Shown piece by piece: positions 47,844 to 60,443 of a stretch of DNA of 64,000 nt. The notes beneath the pieces are model-generated. The model searched no databases. It was not told the DNA's origin and worked only from the letters and a program-made list of their open reading frames with translations. Both the position numbers and the translations under genes were made by a program. Source of the DNA: Neovahlkampfia damariscottae (taxonomy: Eukaryota); the NCBI GenBank assembly GCA_016618085.1, contig JABLTG010000032.1, positions 1 through 64,000 on the forward strand, in the 5' to 3' direction. Positions within the stretch are counted from its first letter, which is position 1; each line of letters begins with the position of its first letter.

Positions 47844-49049
47844 ATGAACGACCTCCAGAGAAGAAAACAAAAAATTGAACACAGAATTTGCCAAAAATTT
47901 GGTTCAGGAAATCCAGAAGTAGAACTTTCAAAATCTTTACTTGTTTCAGGATTAAAAGAACATGTGGTAAAATCCATCTTTGAAGGAAAATGCTCTTTCT
48001 GTGATGAACCACTTGAAAAACCTCTTTTATGTGGAAAGTGTAAATGTAAACATTACTGTTCAAAAGAATGTCAAGTGGACGATTGGAAAATTCACAAAAT
48101 GAGTTGTTTGAATCATGAACAAAAAATTGAAAAATTAAGAAACATCATTATACAAGAAAGACAAGAAATACATAAAAAACATGATTCAGAAGAAGAAGAA
48201 GAAGAAGAAGAAGAAGAAGAAGAATACAAAGATTATTCAGATGAAGCTTATAGTCGTGCAATTAAACTTGCTCGTCACAATATTTATGCAGCAAAATATT
48301 TTATGACTTTTCTGCCTTTAGTTTATCGTGTTCCATTTAATGTTGAAAATTTGATGGGTGTAATCACAGCTACTTTTAATATCAAAGATATTAATATTTC
48401 TGAATTTCAAGAATTGGAAAAAAAAATGAATATTTTTGAAGACAATCAAGAAGCCATTGCAAAAGCAAGTACTGAAGCAAAAATCAAAAGTGATACAATG
48501 AGAATAGTCGAAAAGTTATGTGACCAGATTTACAAAAAAGTAAAAGCCATTATACCTGCAGTTATGGTCTTAAAAGGACCTGCTTTTAAATATTCTTCAA
48601 ATGAAGAAATGGTTGATACATTTTACAATAGATTTAAGAAACCAAATCCAAATGGAAAACCTTATTGGCATGAATTTGATGAGTTTTTATTGTTCATTGA
48701 CGAAACATTTCCTGAACATATCATTCTTGGACTTCCAGGTCAAACATATTCAAATAAAGAAATAAAAAGAATGGCAAATGATATTAAATCTTTAGTTGAA
48801 GAAGCGATGATTAAATACAACCGAATATTAGAAGAAGTTTGGACTGATGAACAAAGAAAGAAGTACGAAGAAAGACAAGGTAAACCTTTGACAGATAAAG
48901 AAGCTTTGAAAAACCAAAGATCAAGAAGTACAATAAAAGTGATGAAATATTTTGAAAGTGAGTGTGATGGTACTCTTCGTGAATTGGATTGGATTCCAAT
49001 TTCATTGACCAAAGAAATTGATCAAAAAAGAAAAACCTTTAATTTTTAG
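47844..49049 (+). CDS. MYND zinc-finger protein
   Basis: CSFC...CGKC...YCSKECQVDDWKIHKMSC. Confidence 0.88.
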   Translation: MNDLQRRKQKIEHRICQKFGSGNPEVELSKSLLVSGLKEHVVKSIFEGKCSFCDEPLEKPLLCGKCKCKHYCSKECQVDDWKIHKMSCLNHEQKIEKLRNIIIQERQEIHKKHDSEEEEEEEEEEEEYKDYSDEAYSRAIKLARHNIYAAKYFMTFLPLVYRVPFNVENLMGVITATFNIKDINISEFQELEKKMNIFEDNQEAIAKASTEAKIKSDTMRIVEKLCDQIYKKVKAIIPAVMVLKGPAFKYSSNEEMVDTFYNRFKKPNPNGKPYWHEFDEFLLFIDETFPEHIILGLPGQTYSNKEIKRMANDIKSLVEEAMIKYNRILEEVWTDEQRKKYEERQGKPLTDKEALKNQRSRSTIKVMKYFESECDGTLRELDWIPISLTKEIDQKRKTFNF

Positions 49050-49166
49050 AATATTTAAAACTTTATCATAAAATTTCTTTTTGTTTTTGGTGATGAAAAA
49101 ACTCCGTTGGATACAAATAATATTCCCATTGGTCAGTTTTCAACTTTGGTTCATTGAGCTCGGAGA

Positions 49167-52100
49167 ATGGATGAACCGATTTGTAACCGTTGTAAATCAA
49201 CAGAAATATTTGATGGTGTTTGTATTCACTGTGGAAATGTTTTGGAAGAAATTAATTTCTCAAGAGTGAATGAAGTTCAAGATGAAGATGAACAAAATAC
49301 AAATTCTGATGAAAAAAATTCTCGTGACTCTTCTGATAAATCAACAATAAAAGAACCATTAGGAGAAATAATTGAAGTAGAAGACCATGAAACATCACCT
49401 AAAATTACAGAAACGTCAAATTTAGTTGACAAAAAAAATTTAAAATTACAAAAAGTGACTTTAGAAGAAGATAGCAAATTTAACAAAAGACTTTCATCAA
49501 AAACACTTTCTATTTTGGATAATACACTTTGTGCTTTGGACGAAGATTACTTAAACCCGTTACCACAATCACCAGTCCAAGAAGAAACAGCTAAAGAAAA
49601 ATCTACAAAAAAAACAGCACCACAACAAAGAAAAGAAGATGAAGAACAATTTTCATCTTTCAAAAAAGTCAAAAAAGAACATTACTCAAAAGAATCAATC
49701 AAAGAATTTGTACAGAAATTACCAAAAACTTTAGTAGTAATGTTTGTTAGTTTTTTGTATCAACTTTGGGTTTATTTTCTATTTACTTTGAATGATTTGA
49801 AAAAAAGAAAAGTTGGTTATTTACTTGGAGTTTTTTCTTGTATTATGGTTGTATTCAGTGTTGCTATTGCTCAATCTGCTTTAAATCAAGTTTCAATTAT
49901 TTTTTTAAGATTAGCTGAATCTGAAGAAGGTGAATATGATCTGATTATAACTCCGAGTTCAATAACAAATTCAAGTAGTTTCAATCACACTAAACTTTTG
50001 GGTTCTTTGAAACAATTTCCAAATTTTGAATATTACTCATACAATAGTCCAAGGATAGCTGCTGGTACACAAAAGTTTATGAAAGCTGATACTTGTGTTT
50101 ATGGAAATACAACTTTATCACCTTATGACGTAGAATGGATATATTATTCAGCAAATATTTCTGATTCTGCTTGTGCAAGTACATCTTCTTATTGCCCAAC
50201 TACTTATTGTCAAGAACCACGTGAAGGAAATATAATAGTTTATGATAGTGATTCAGAAGCACGTGCAAATATTGGAAGGAACTGGAAACATCGAAAATTA
50301 GGTCCTGGTGAAGCATATCTTGGAACAGAATTAAGTATTGGTTTAGATGCAAAAATTGGAGATGTCATTTTAGTTCAATATAATAGCTGGAATATGAATG
50401 GTCCTTTAAGAGAAGTTTCTATTATCACAGATGACACAAAATCATTCAATTTTTTGACATATTTCCCAGTGAAAATTGTTGGAATTATTGATGATCCTCT
50501 TGGAAAATCACCAGGTTTAGATTCAAATTACATGTATCTTGAATATCAACATTTTATGGGACTTTATGGAAACTATTCGATTCATCAAAATTATACATCT
50601 GAATTGAATAATGTTGATTTGAAACAATATGCTTCTCAAATCATTTTTAACTTGCCACCAAGTAGAGTTGAAAAATATAACAAAAATGTTTATGATGATA
50701 TTCAATTAATGTTAGTTAGTTTTTCATCAAAGATATCTTATGCAATTGGTTTTACACAAATAGAACCTTCTTATCCACTTTTAAAGTACATGTATAAAAC
50801 AAGATTTTTCAGACTTTTTGTTTCATTGATTATAACTTTGATTGCAACAATTTTATCAGTTTTATCAATTGTTTTGATTTATTCATTGTTAATGGTCAAT
50901 GTGGAAAATAGAAAATTTGAATATGGTATTTTAAGAATGATTGGTATGGCTAGATTGAATGTTGTCATTATCATTACAATGCAAGCAACTTTGTTTTCTA
51001 TTCCTGGTTGGATTATAGGAATTATTGGAGCTCAATTAGTCTATATTCCAATTGGTTTCATTTTGGATTCTTATCTTCAAGTTTCCATCACAAAATTTAT
51101 CACTTGGGATGCATTTTTAATTGCTTCAGCTCTTGGTCTTACAATTCCTTATATTTCATCTGTTTTACCAATTATGGATGCCTTGGGTCAGAATCTACAT
51201 GATTCTTTGGATACTGGAAGATCAAAAGTTAAAGCTGTCATTTACAAAATTGAAAGATCTTCTGATTTAACAATCAATTGGCCTGTTGTTATTGTTGGAG
51301 GAATGTCAACTATTTTCGGAGGTGGTGTTTATTACGCATTTCCATTGGCTTTAGTATCATTCAATTTAAGTTTACTTTTAACAATGTTCTTTGTTTTACT
51401 ATTGGCAATGCTTCTAGGATTGATTATTTTATCATTGAATTTTGAAGGAATTATTGAACATTTTGTGACTTATATTTTATTTTTTTGGGAAAATAATGCA
51501 ATTAGGAAATTAATTGTCAAGAATCTTGTGGCTCATAGACTTCGAAATCGTAAGACAAGTATTATGTTTTCTTTGTCACTTGCTTTTGTAATATTTCTTT
51601 CTATTGCTTTCAAAACTCAAATTGAATCATTACAATTTGATCAACTTCAAGATAAAGGTGCAAGAATTAGAATTCAAGGAGGTGTCATTAATAATCAAAA
51701 CTTGAGAAAGACTTTTGATTTAATTGCAAGAGAAACACCTGCGTTGAGTGGAATGGCATATATGACACATCCAATTACAAGTTATGTGAGTTTTGCAGGC
51801 GGAAACCCTGTAATTTCAAATGTTGGAAGATACAAATCTGCATCAACTAATATTCATGGTATTTCTCCACAATTTCAACGATCTTCATTTTCAAGTTTTT
51901 GGAAAGTTACAAATTCAAGAAATTCAAGATATTCATTATCTGAACAATTGTATTCTGCTGAAGGATCATCAACTGCAATCATTGGTGAAATTTTAAAAAC
52001 TAATTTGAATCTCAAGGGAATTGACGAACCATTTGCCATCAAAATTGATCAAAAAACTGAAGGATCTTTGGCCAATGTGACATATGAATTATTCAAAGCA

Positions 52101-52802
52101 TCTTCAATTCTTTCGTCATCACCTTATTTCACAACAACTAAATTTCCATTTGATTCCGATGATCAAGATATTTTAGTTTCTTTACCAACATTTTTTAGAT
52201 TAATCAAGGAAAGAAGTGGGTATAAAAGAATCAAAGACATCCCAATGAGATATATTTTAGTCAATTTTCAACCATGGGCAACTGAAAACGATATCAAAGT
52301 TTTTAAAGCAAGAGTCTACAGAGAAGTTGCAAGAGGAGTTGGAGTTAAAGATGTTCAAGATGGTTTAAAAGGTTTAAATACTGCTATTTCGGTCATTGAT
52401 TTCTTTTTCATTTTTACAACTGTTATTGCCATGATCATTTGTTTTTTTTCATTGGTATCTTCAATGTACACAAATATCAACGAACAAACAAAAGAAATTG
52501 GTATTTTGAGGGCTATTGGGGTTCGAAAACTCTTTGTTTGGAGATTGTATGTTTATGAAGCTTTAGTATTGTTATTGGCTTCAATCGTAAGCGGAACTTT
52601 AATTGGATTGGCTGTTGGTTACACATTAACTGCTCAACAAATTTTGTTTACTCAATATGAATTAACTTTTTGGTTTCCTTGGGATGTCATTTTGATTGTG
52701 ATTGGATTGTCTGTTGTTTTTGCGTTTTTAGCTTCAATCATTCCAATTATGATTTTGACTCGTCAACCAATAGTTGTAATATTAAGAAAACTTGTAACTT
52801 AA
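49167..52802 (+). CDS. FtsX/MacB-like permease family protein with N-terminal zinc ribbon
   Basis: Two FtsX domains (EYGILRMIG, EIGILRAIG); N-terminal CNRC...CIHCG. Confidence 0.88.
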   Translation: MDEPICNRCKSTEIFDGVCIHCGNVLEEINFSRVNEVQDEDEQNTNSDEKNSRDSSDKSTIKEPLGEIIEVEDHETSPKITETSNLVDKKNLKLQKVTLEEDSKFNKRLSSKTLSILDNTLCALDEDYLNPLPQSPVQEETAKEKSTKKTAPQQRKEDEEQFSSFKKVKKEHYSKESIKEFVQKLPKTLVVMFVSFLYQLWVYFLFTLNDLKKRKVGYLLGVFSCIMVVFSVAIAQSALNQVSIIFLRLAESEEGEYDLIITPSSITNSSSFNHTKLLGSLKQFPNFEYYSYNSPRIAAGTQKFMKADTCVYGNTTLSPYDVEWIYYSANISDSACASTSSYCPTTYCQEPREGNIIVYDSDSEARANIGRNWKHRKLGPGEAYLGTELSIGLDAKIGDVILVQYNSWNMNGPLREVSIITDDTKSFNFLTYFPVKIVGIIDDPLGKSPGLDSNYMYLEYQHFMGLYGNYSIHQNYTSELNNVDLKQYASQIIFNLPPSRVEKYNKNVYDDIQLMLVSFSSKISYAIGFTQIEPSYPLLKYMYKTRFFRLFVSLIITLIATILSVLSIVLIYSLLMVNVENRKFEYGILRMIGMARLNVVIIITMQATLFSIPGWIIGIIGAQLVYIPIGFILDSYLQVSITKFITWDAFLIASALGLTIPYISSVLPIMDALGQNLHDSLDTGRSKVKAVIYKIERSSDLTINWPVVIVGGMSTIFGGGVYYAFPLALVSFNLSLLLTMFFVLLLAMLLGLIILSLNFEGIIEHFVTYILFFWENNAIRKLIVKNLVAHRLRNRKTSIMFSLSLAFVIFLSIAFKTQIESLQFDQLQDKGARIRIQGGVINNQNLRKTFDLIARETPALSGMAYMTHPITSYVSFAGGNPVISNVGRYKSASTNIHGISPQFQRSSFSSFWKVTNSRNSRYSLSEQLYSAEGSSTAIIGEILKTNLNLKGIDEPFAIKIDQKTEGSLANVTYELFKASSILSSSPYFTTTKFPFDSDDQDILVSLPTFFRLIKERSGYKRIKDIPMRYILVNFQPWATENDIKVFKARVYREVARGVGVKDVQDGLKGLNTAISVIDFFFIFTTVIAMIICFFSLVSSMYTNINEQTKEIGILRAIGVRKLFVWRLYVYEALVLLLASIVSGTLIGLAVGYTLTAQQILFTQYELTFWFPWDVILIVIGLSVVFAFLASIIPIMILTRQPIVVILRKLVT

Positions 52803-52823
52803 ATTTTTTCTTTTTCAAAAGTT

Positions 52824-53911
52824 TTATTTTTTATTTTTTTTAATTAAATCTTTGTCAATAAAAAATTGAATTGAATCTTTGATTGAATCTTCGACACTCA
52901 TGAATTCAATATTCAATTCATTCTTAATCTTTGAATTATCAAAACAATACTTCATACCTAAATTTGTTCTTAAATAAGAGCCCATTCCAATAGGTTGAAA
53001 ATAAGACAAAATGGTTGCTAAAGTAGTGCCAAAAAAACCAGTAGCATCCATTGTTGGAACTTTTGCGGAGTATTCTGGAAAGTGTTTGGAAAGCATCACA
53101 CACAAGTCCTTCAAGTCAAGTGATTCTGAAGCACATATGTATCTTCCATTTGCTTTTGAATTTTCCATTAATTGAATATGAGCTTTTGCAACATCTCTCA
53201 CATCAACAGCTGACCAGTTCAAATCAAGAACCATTGGAAATTCACCACTTAAAATTTTTTTAAGTACAGATTGTGATTCAGAAAGTGAGTCTTTGTGACC
53301 AGGTCCAAAAACAAATCTATTCAAAAAATGTTAATTTTGCTTTCTTTTTACGATGGATTGATAACCACAAGGTCAAAATTTGGTTTTTTTTCTTTCATGA
53401 ATTTCCAAGCTGCTTCTTCAGCAAGTTTTTTACTATAGTCATATGGATTTCTTGTTAAACTTGAATCATTGTTCCAGTCGTTTTCTGTGTAGGTTATTTT
53501 TGGGTTTGGTGAGTCTGTCATTGCAACAACTGAAGATGTCAAGACAACTTTTTTGACACTTTCTGATTGGAAACAAGCTTCGAGCATTGAAAGAGTTCCT
53601 TTTAAAGCTGGGTCAACCAAATCTCTTTGAGCATCTTCAACATCAACCATAAAAGGAGAAGCAACATGTAAAACATATTCACAGCCCTTTACAATATCAT
53701 CAAAAGCACCTTCATCAAGTAAATTAGCCTTGAATAATTCTAATTTGTCTCCATCTGAGTCCAATTTCTTGATGATGTCATTAGATTTAGCTTCAACATT
53801 TCTGACAGTTCCTTTGACTTTGTAGCCTGATTTTAAGAGATTTTCAACGATATGAAGTGCAATAAATCCACTTGCTCCTGACACAACAACAGGTTGTTCT
53901 GTTACTCTCAT
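52824..53911 (-). CDS. NAD(P)-dependent epimerase/dehydratase (DFR/CCR-like SDR), 2 exons
   Basis: VSGASGFIA, HVASP, TSS, YDYSK, VDVRDVA. Confidence 0.92.
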
Positions 53912-54242
53912 GTTTTTGGTTGTAGTTCTACTTGAACAAAATTATCCTTAAACCAATCAGATAAAACACTTGGTTCTATTACAAAGTGTTCCAAAACTTT
54001 TGATTGGGACAACTCCGACAGAGTTTCCAAAAGAATTTTTTAAAATGGAAATTTTTGATTTTTCAAATTAGGAAGGTACTGTAAATGGCACTTTGGTTTT
54101 CCATTTTCTACAATTCATTCCATTTTCTTTAACAAACAAAATATCCAAATAGTGGTAAAAGAAACATTTCACAAAATTATTGATTTTTTTTCGATGTTTT
54201 GAGCTGTGTAAAAATTTGAACCAATAATAAAAACTAAAATTT

Positions 54243-56301
54243 TTATTTTCTCATTGTGTATACTTCAATTTCAGTTGTAAGGAAATTATAAGTACCAGCA
54301 AGGAAATTCTTAGCTTCATTTGTAGCATACTTCATTGACTGTAATGTTTTAAAACTGTGACCAAGATTTGAGTAACTTGACTTTGTTTTGTTTGAATTAT
54401 TGCAAATATATAAATCATGACCACCTCCAAATGTAGGTCCATAAGAAGGAGCTCCATAATTTGACATTCTGTTATTTGTATTATTTGCAAATTTAACAGG
54501 TGCTTTTCCATTTTTATTTTTCAATGAAAAAATGAAAGATCTTGTATCATAAGCGTAAGTACTTGTACTTGTCCAAGGTAATTCAGCATAACCTCCAAAT
54601 ATATTTCCATTATGAGATTTGATGACAACAACTGTATTTGCATTTCCATCACAAAGTTTGTGAAAAGTTACAGCTGTGAAATCATTTTTAGATGCTTGAT
54701 AAAGTAATTCCCATCCATTTGGTGAATGAGGTAATAAATTTGAAAGACTATCTGATAATTTTTCATCTAATATTGTTGAACCTGTAAATGAACTTTTTCT
54801 CTTTGTGTATTGAATATCTTGACCAACAAGCTTTGAATAAAAAGAAGGACATGCATGATATTCAATAGCTTGAGCATAAAGATCAAGAGGAGCAAGATTA
54901 GTTGGTCTAACATAACGAACTAAATCACGTGGTTCAATTAAAGTATATCTGATATGTTGAAGGACATCTTTCAGTATTTCATCAAGTTTTTCATTGGATC
55001 TTAATTGTTGTTGATGTCTTCCCCAAGCAAGACATGAATTCCAAGCATCAAGTTCATCAACACATGAATTTGAGTTTTGAAGAATCAAAATGATGATATC
55101 ACTGGAGAGATCTAAAAACTGTTTTGATTTCATAACTTTTCCTGCTTTTTTTTCAATAAAGATTACACATCGTTTAATCAAATCTGTAGCATCAAATTCA
55201 TAACCTTTGTTTTGAGCTTTTTGAAGTACTCCTAATACATTTTCAGTTGTTAGTGATTTCACCATAAATTCAAAACAAGCAGCTCTTAATCCTTTTGCTT
55301 CATAAAAATCTGCACATTTCAAAACAGTTTCCCAATTTTTATCTGTTAATTTTGCTTTTCCAGTATATAAATATTTTAAAGTGGTCATAAAATCTTCTTT
55401 TGAGAACTTTTCATCGATTTTTATTTCTTTAACATTTCCGGAAATGAGTGTTTTTAATGTTGAACTATTTTTAGAAAAAGTTAATTTTTTTTTTTTTGAA
55501 GATTACCTTCTTGAGCAAAGTACAATTTTGTGTGATGAAACTTGTTCATTATGAACATTAAGTTTCACATCTGAAAGTGTTTGTGAATTAAAAAATTTTG
55601 AAAGTGAAGGTGAAACATCTTTTTCATGATGAACCATTAACTCAAGTAACGGTTTAGAACTTTCTTCTTCTGGTGGTAACTCATTTGAAAAATCAAATTC
55701 AAATTTTGTTTCACCAAAATTTGCAGTGAATTCAACGTTGTCACTAGAAGTGAATGTTATAGTTGGGTATAAAAAACCAACTGAAAAAAAATTAATTTTA
55801 TGTTATGAAACTGTTTTACCTTGTGTTTGACTTCTCGCTCCCAAGAAATTAGATTTTAAACTTTTTCCATTTAGAGTGAAGAATATTTCGTCGCTGTGAC
55901 AATTCCAGAAACAACCAACTGTATCACCTACACTATACTTTGAAATAGTTGGATAAACCGCACTGTTGTCATTGTAGATTCCTCCAGATGAACCCAACCT
56001 TAAGTTGTAAAATTAAATTTTTTTTTTTTTTTTCGAACCATCCAAGCCCAGCAGAACTTTGTCCAACATGTGTTTTTGTGTTTATATTTTTCCAAGTTTT
56101 TTTAGGTGTTTGAAAACCAAAACAAAAATTTGGTTTTCCAGTGTTTGCATTTTTTAAAGTAATTTCAAAATAATAAAATTTTTTATCTTGAGGTTGGTCC
56201 CATTGATAAGTTGGGTTTAGGTAAGTTGAAGTTGTGTTTGAGGAATAAATTCCTGTATCTTCGTCGTACGAAACTGAATTGATGTACAACTTGTTGGACA
56301 T
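54243..56301 (-). CDS. SPRY-BTB-BACK-TLDc domain protein, multi-exon
   Basis: YYFEI/GDTVGC/IFFTLNG (SPRY), SDVKLNV..HKIVLA (BTB), TLDc C-terminus. Confidence 0.88.
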
Positions 56302-56359
56302 AAATAATTGGTTGACTTGTTTGTCCAATCAAATTAAAATTAGTTTTATTTTTACCATT

Positions 56360-57942
56360 TTATTTTTTCAATGAATTCTCATATTCTTCATCCATTTTTT
56401 CGATATCTAAGTCAATTAAAACTTTTCCATACATGTCCATTGGTATTCCTTCTTCGTTCATTTTGTTGAATTTTTCTTTGAAATCTGAAATTTTAACATC
56501 ATCAGAAAANNNNNNNNNNNNNNNNNNNNNNNNNNNNNNNNNNNNNNNNNNNNNNNNNNNNNNNNNNNNNNNNNNNNNNNNNNNNNNNNNNNNNNNNNNN
56601 NNNNNNNNTATTCTTCATCCATTTTTTCGATATCTAAGTCAATTAAAACTTTTCCATACATGTCCATTGGTATTCCTTCTTCGTTCATTTTGTTGAATTT
56701 TTCTTTGAAATCTGAAATTTTAACATCATCAGAAAATCTTGAACAAGTATCCAAAACACTTTTTCTTAAACCAGATGCTCTTGATTTTATTACCATTTTT
56801 ACAAAACTATCACTTTTTCCCCATCCTCCAAAATTTCCTAAAGTTACTTCTTGAAATAGAGTTTTGTTTTCATCTATTTTTTGAAATTTCCTCAGAGTAT
56901 AATCAAACATATGTAATGCTTTAGTTGCTTTCTTTTTAGCACTTCCTTTTTGTGAAACTTTCATTTTTTCAAATGTTCCAAATTGTGAAAAATCTTCTCG
57001 ATAAGGTTTGAAAATACAATAAAGACTTTTGGTCTCTGGTTCATAATGAGCCGAAAATGCGTATTTAATAATTCTTGGATTGAAAGGAAATCCAAAATAT
57101 GCTTCAAAATTGGATATCATATTTGTTCGTTTGCAATATTTCATTTCATCATGCATCTCGTTTTTTTTGAAATAATCCTCCAGCTCATCTGTTGATTTAT
57201 AACCTAAACAATTCATTGCTGCGGCATTTGGGTCTGAAATTATTGATTCATCACACATGAATGCCAAAATTGATTTGTGAAATGAGATTGGCAAAATGCA
57301 TTCATATTTCGATGCTGTGGTGTTATGAGTTACATCTGGTAGATAATTATCAGTTGAAAAATATGCATTCACCCATTGATTTTTATTTGTTGATAGTAAA
57401 TCCCAAGTAAAAGAATCTTCACAAACCAATTTTGCGAATTCAATATCCTTATCTGTAACAATGCCACTTGTAAAGTCCTCGTCTTTATAGTCAAATTTTT
57501 TAGTAATGCAAGGTGAAAAAATAGTTGGATCATTTTTATAGTTTTTGATTGTCTCTGAACAAAGTTTGCTTCTGACGAATCTGTGAAATGAATCTTGATT
57601 TAACTCTTCATGAACTATATAAAATATTTTTGAGAATAACTCTTCTGGACTAATTTCCAAAATCCACTTCTCTAGTTCTTCCTTCTGTGGTCTAAAATTC
57701 TCAATGACAAAATTTCTCGATGATTCTGAAATGTTTACCTGTTTTGGTGCGCCAATAACCAAGTATTTATCTATTATTTCTGATATTGCTTTTATTTTAT
57801 CTGAATCTGTTTCCAGGTGTTTAATTTTTTGTACATCCAGCAAAAAATGAAAAGGATCTGTGTTGTGTTCAGTTTTTAAAAATTTCTCAAATGCTTGGCC
57901 AACTTTTCTATTTGTAAAAACAGCTGTTGAGTGAATAAGCAT
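56360..57942 (-). CDS. RGS + START-like domain protein, copy 1 (3' end spans the assembly gap)
   Basis: FEKFLKTEHNTDPFHFL, PKQVNIS, DSFHRF (RGS); IDENKTLFQEVTLGNFGGW. Confidence 0.8.
56510..56608. other. Assembly gap (N run) flanked by ~128 bp of duplicated sequence
   Basis: Sequence ~56382-56509 is repeated at ~56609-56736, consistent with unmerged overlapping contig ends. Confidence 0.9.
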
Positions 57943-58737
57943 TTTCTTTCTTTGCAAACTTTACTTTGACAATTGTGGACTTTTGAGAAATTGGAAGATG
58001 GTTTATTGGTTCGGAAATTAAAATAAAAATTTCCAAATTTGGAACGACAAATTTATTCAATTTATGATCCATTTTAAGATAAACTCATATTTTCAATAAC
58101 CCGCTCACAAATGATGTTTTTCTTGAGATTGTTCGAAGAGAATTGTTAAACCTATGTTGGAAGCAATTGCCAGTATCTAATTGAATTTGGAGTTTTGATC
58201 AAATTTATAGGATTAAAATCAAACCAATAAACATTCATTGTTGATTCGAACTGCTTGAAAGTCTGCTCCAAAGAAACAAAACTGGAAAAAAAGAGGAAGA
58301 AATTTTTTTGTTGAAGCACTATTATTTCAAAATATACAAAACCAACGATTGATTTACTTAAGAAACCTTTTGGAAATCACCAAACAAAGAATTAACCATG
58401 CATTTTCTCAATAGTATTTTTGATTTTACAGGTTATGAATCAATAAGAAAAGGAGTGAAGAAGAAAAAATGAGTATTTTAGATGAAAAGGAAGAAGATAT
58501 ATTGGCATTTGAAATTAAAGAACATGAAGAATTTGAATCTACATTCTGCAAGGGAAGAAGGAATATCAATTGGTGAAAAAAGGAAGAGAACTGTCTATTG
58601 GTATGAATAAAGATGTTATGAAATATTGTCAGTTGTAAAAAAATTATAGATAAAGTGCCAATATGAAAATATCTCTTCCACTTTTCAGATTTTGCTTCAG
58701 AAATTCAAACAACAAATAATAAATATATTTCTCGAAT

Positions 58738-60132
58738 TTACACTTTATTTAAAGAATATTTGTATTCTTCATCCATTTTTTCGATATCTAAGTCAATTAA
58801 AACTTTTCCATACATGTCCATTGGTATTCCTTCTTCGTTCATTTTGTTGAATTTTTCTTTGAAATCTGAAATTTTAACATCATCAGAAAATCTTGAACAA
58901 GTATCCAAAACACTTTTTCTTAAACCAGATGCTCTTGATTTTATTACCATTTTTACAAAACTATCACTTTTTCCCCATCCTCCAAAATTTCCTAAAGTTA
59001 CTTCTTGAAATAGAGTTTTGTTTTCATCTATTTTTTGAAATTTCCTCAGAGTATAATCAAACATATGTAATGCTTTAGTTGCTTTCTTTTTAGCACTTCC
59101 TTTTTGTGAAACTTTCATTTTTTCAAATGTTCCAAATTGTGAAAAATCTTCTCGATAAGGTTTGAAAATACAATAAAGACTTTTGGTCTCTGGTTCATAA
59201 TGAGCCGAAAATGCGTATTTAATAATTCTTGGATTGAAAGGAAATCCAAAATATGCTTCAAAATTGGATATCATATTTGTTCTTTTACAGCATTGCATTT
59301 GGTTTTTTATTCCGTTGTTTTTGAAATAATCATTTAATTCTTCAGTTGATTTATAACCTAAACAATTCATTGATGCGGTATTTGGATCTGAAATTATCGA
59401 TTCATCACACATAAAAGCCAATACTGCTTTATCAAATGAAATAGGGAATGTACATTCGTATTTTGATGCTGTGGTGTTATGTGTAACCTCTGGTAGATAA
59501 TTGTCAGTTGAAAAATATGCATTCACCCATTGATTTTTATTTGTTGATAGTAAATCCCAAGTAAAAGAATCTTCACAAACCAATTTTGCGAATTCAATAT
59601 CCTTATCTGTAACAATGCCACTTGTAAAGTCCTCATCCTTGTAGTCGAATTTTTTAGTGATGTATGGTGAAACAACAGTTGAATCCCTTCTGAAGCTTTT
59701 GATTGAATCATCACAAAGTTTTGTCCTGACAAATCTATGAAATGAATCTTGTTTCAATTCTTCCTTGACTGAATAAAATATCTTTGAGAACAGTTTTTCT
59801 GATGAAATGTCCAATATCCATTTGTTTTCATTTTGTTGTTTTTCAAAATTCTCAACAACAAAATTACGAGTAGTTTCTGAAACGTTCACTTCATTTGGTG
59901 AATCCTTTTTGACATATTTTTCGATGATTTCTTTAATTTTTTTTATTTTTTCTGAATCCTTTTCTAGATTTTTTAACTTTTGAACTTCCATTAAAAAATT
60001 ATAAGGATCTGTGTTTTGTTCGGTTGTCAAGAACTTTTCAAAAGCAGCTCCAACTTTTTTGTTTGTGAACACTGCTGTGAAATGAATCACAACCTGTTTT
60101 TTGTCAAAGCTCGACCTGTTGGAGTTGAACAT
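58738..60132 (-). CDS. RGS + START-like domain protein, copy 2
   Basis: Paralog of copy 1. Confidence 0.85.
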   Translation of the reverse strand: MFNSNRSSFDKKQVVIHFTAVFTNKKVGAAFEKFLTTEQNTDPYNFLMEVQKLKNLEKDSEKIKKIKEIIEKYVKKDSPNEVNVSETTRNFVVENFEKQQNENKWILDISSEKLFSKIFYSVKEELKQDSFHRFVRTKLCDDSIKSFRRDSTVVSPYITKKFDYKDEDFTSGIVTDKDIEFAKLVCEDSFTWDLLSTNKNQWVNAYFSTDNYLPEVTHNTTASKYECTFPISFDKAVLAFMCDESIISDPNTASMNCLGYKSTEELNDYFKNNGIKNQMQCCKRTNMISNFEAYFGFPFNPRIIKYAFSAHYEPETKSLYCIFKPYREDFSQFGTFEKMKVSQKGSAKKKATKALHMFDYTLRKFQKIDENKTLFQEVTLGNFGGWGKSDSFVKMVIKSRASGLRKSVLDTCSRFSDDVKISDFKEKFNKMNEEGIPMDMYGKVLIDLDIEKMDEEYKYSLNKV

Positions 60133-60443
60133 CTCTGGAGTTTCAGGAATGGATTTGAAAGTGATTGGGTAGGGGCCTTTTGTTGATAAAAAATGTCCAA
60201 ATTTGGTATTTGAACAATTCAATTGTCCAAAATCGGCATTTGAAATTTCTTGATTGGATACTTTTCAATTTAAGGCAAATCAAAAAAATGAAAATGACTG
60301 ACAAAAATTCTCTGTACTTCTTAATTTGGTATTTTCCTGCGTAAAACTCCTCCAAGAATAAGATGAAATTGTTGAATTACTTCACTTCAAATTAATCTTC
60401 GAAGAATATTGAGAAGAGAAAAAGATTGGAATAGCAATTTAAT

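Noticed and set aside
48189..48223. (GAA)n microsatellite
   Set aside because: Ordinary poly-Glu tract within the MYND protein.
56382..56736. Apparent ~128-bp direct repeat within RGS copy 1
   Set aside because: It flanks the N gap exactly, so it is best explained as unmerged contig overlap.
58030..58700. Coding-like plus-strand fragments between RGS copies 1 and 2
   Set aside because: Multiple stops and no recognisable family.
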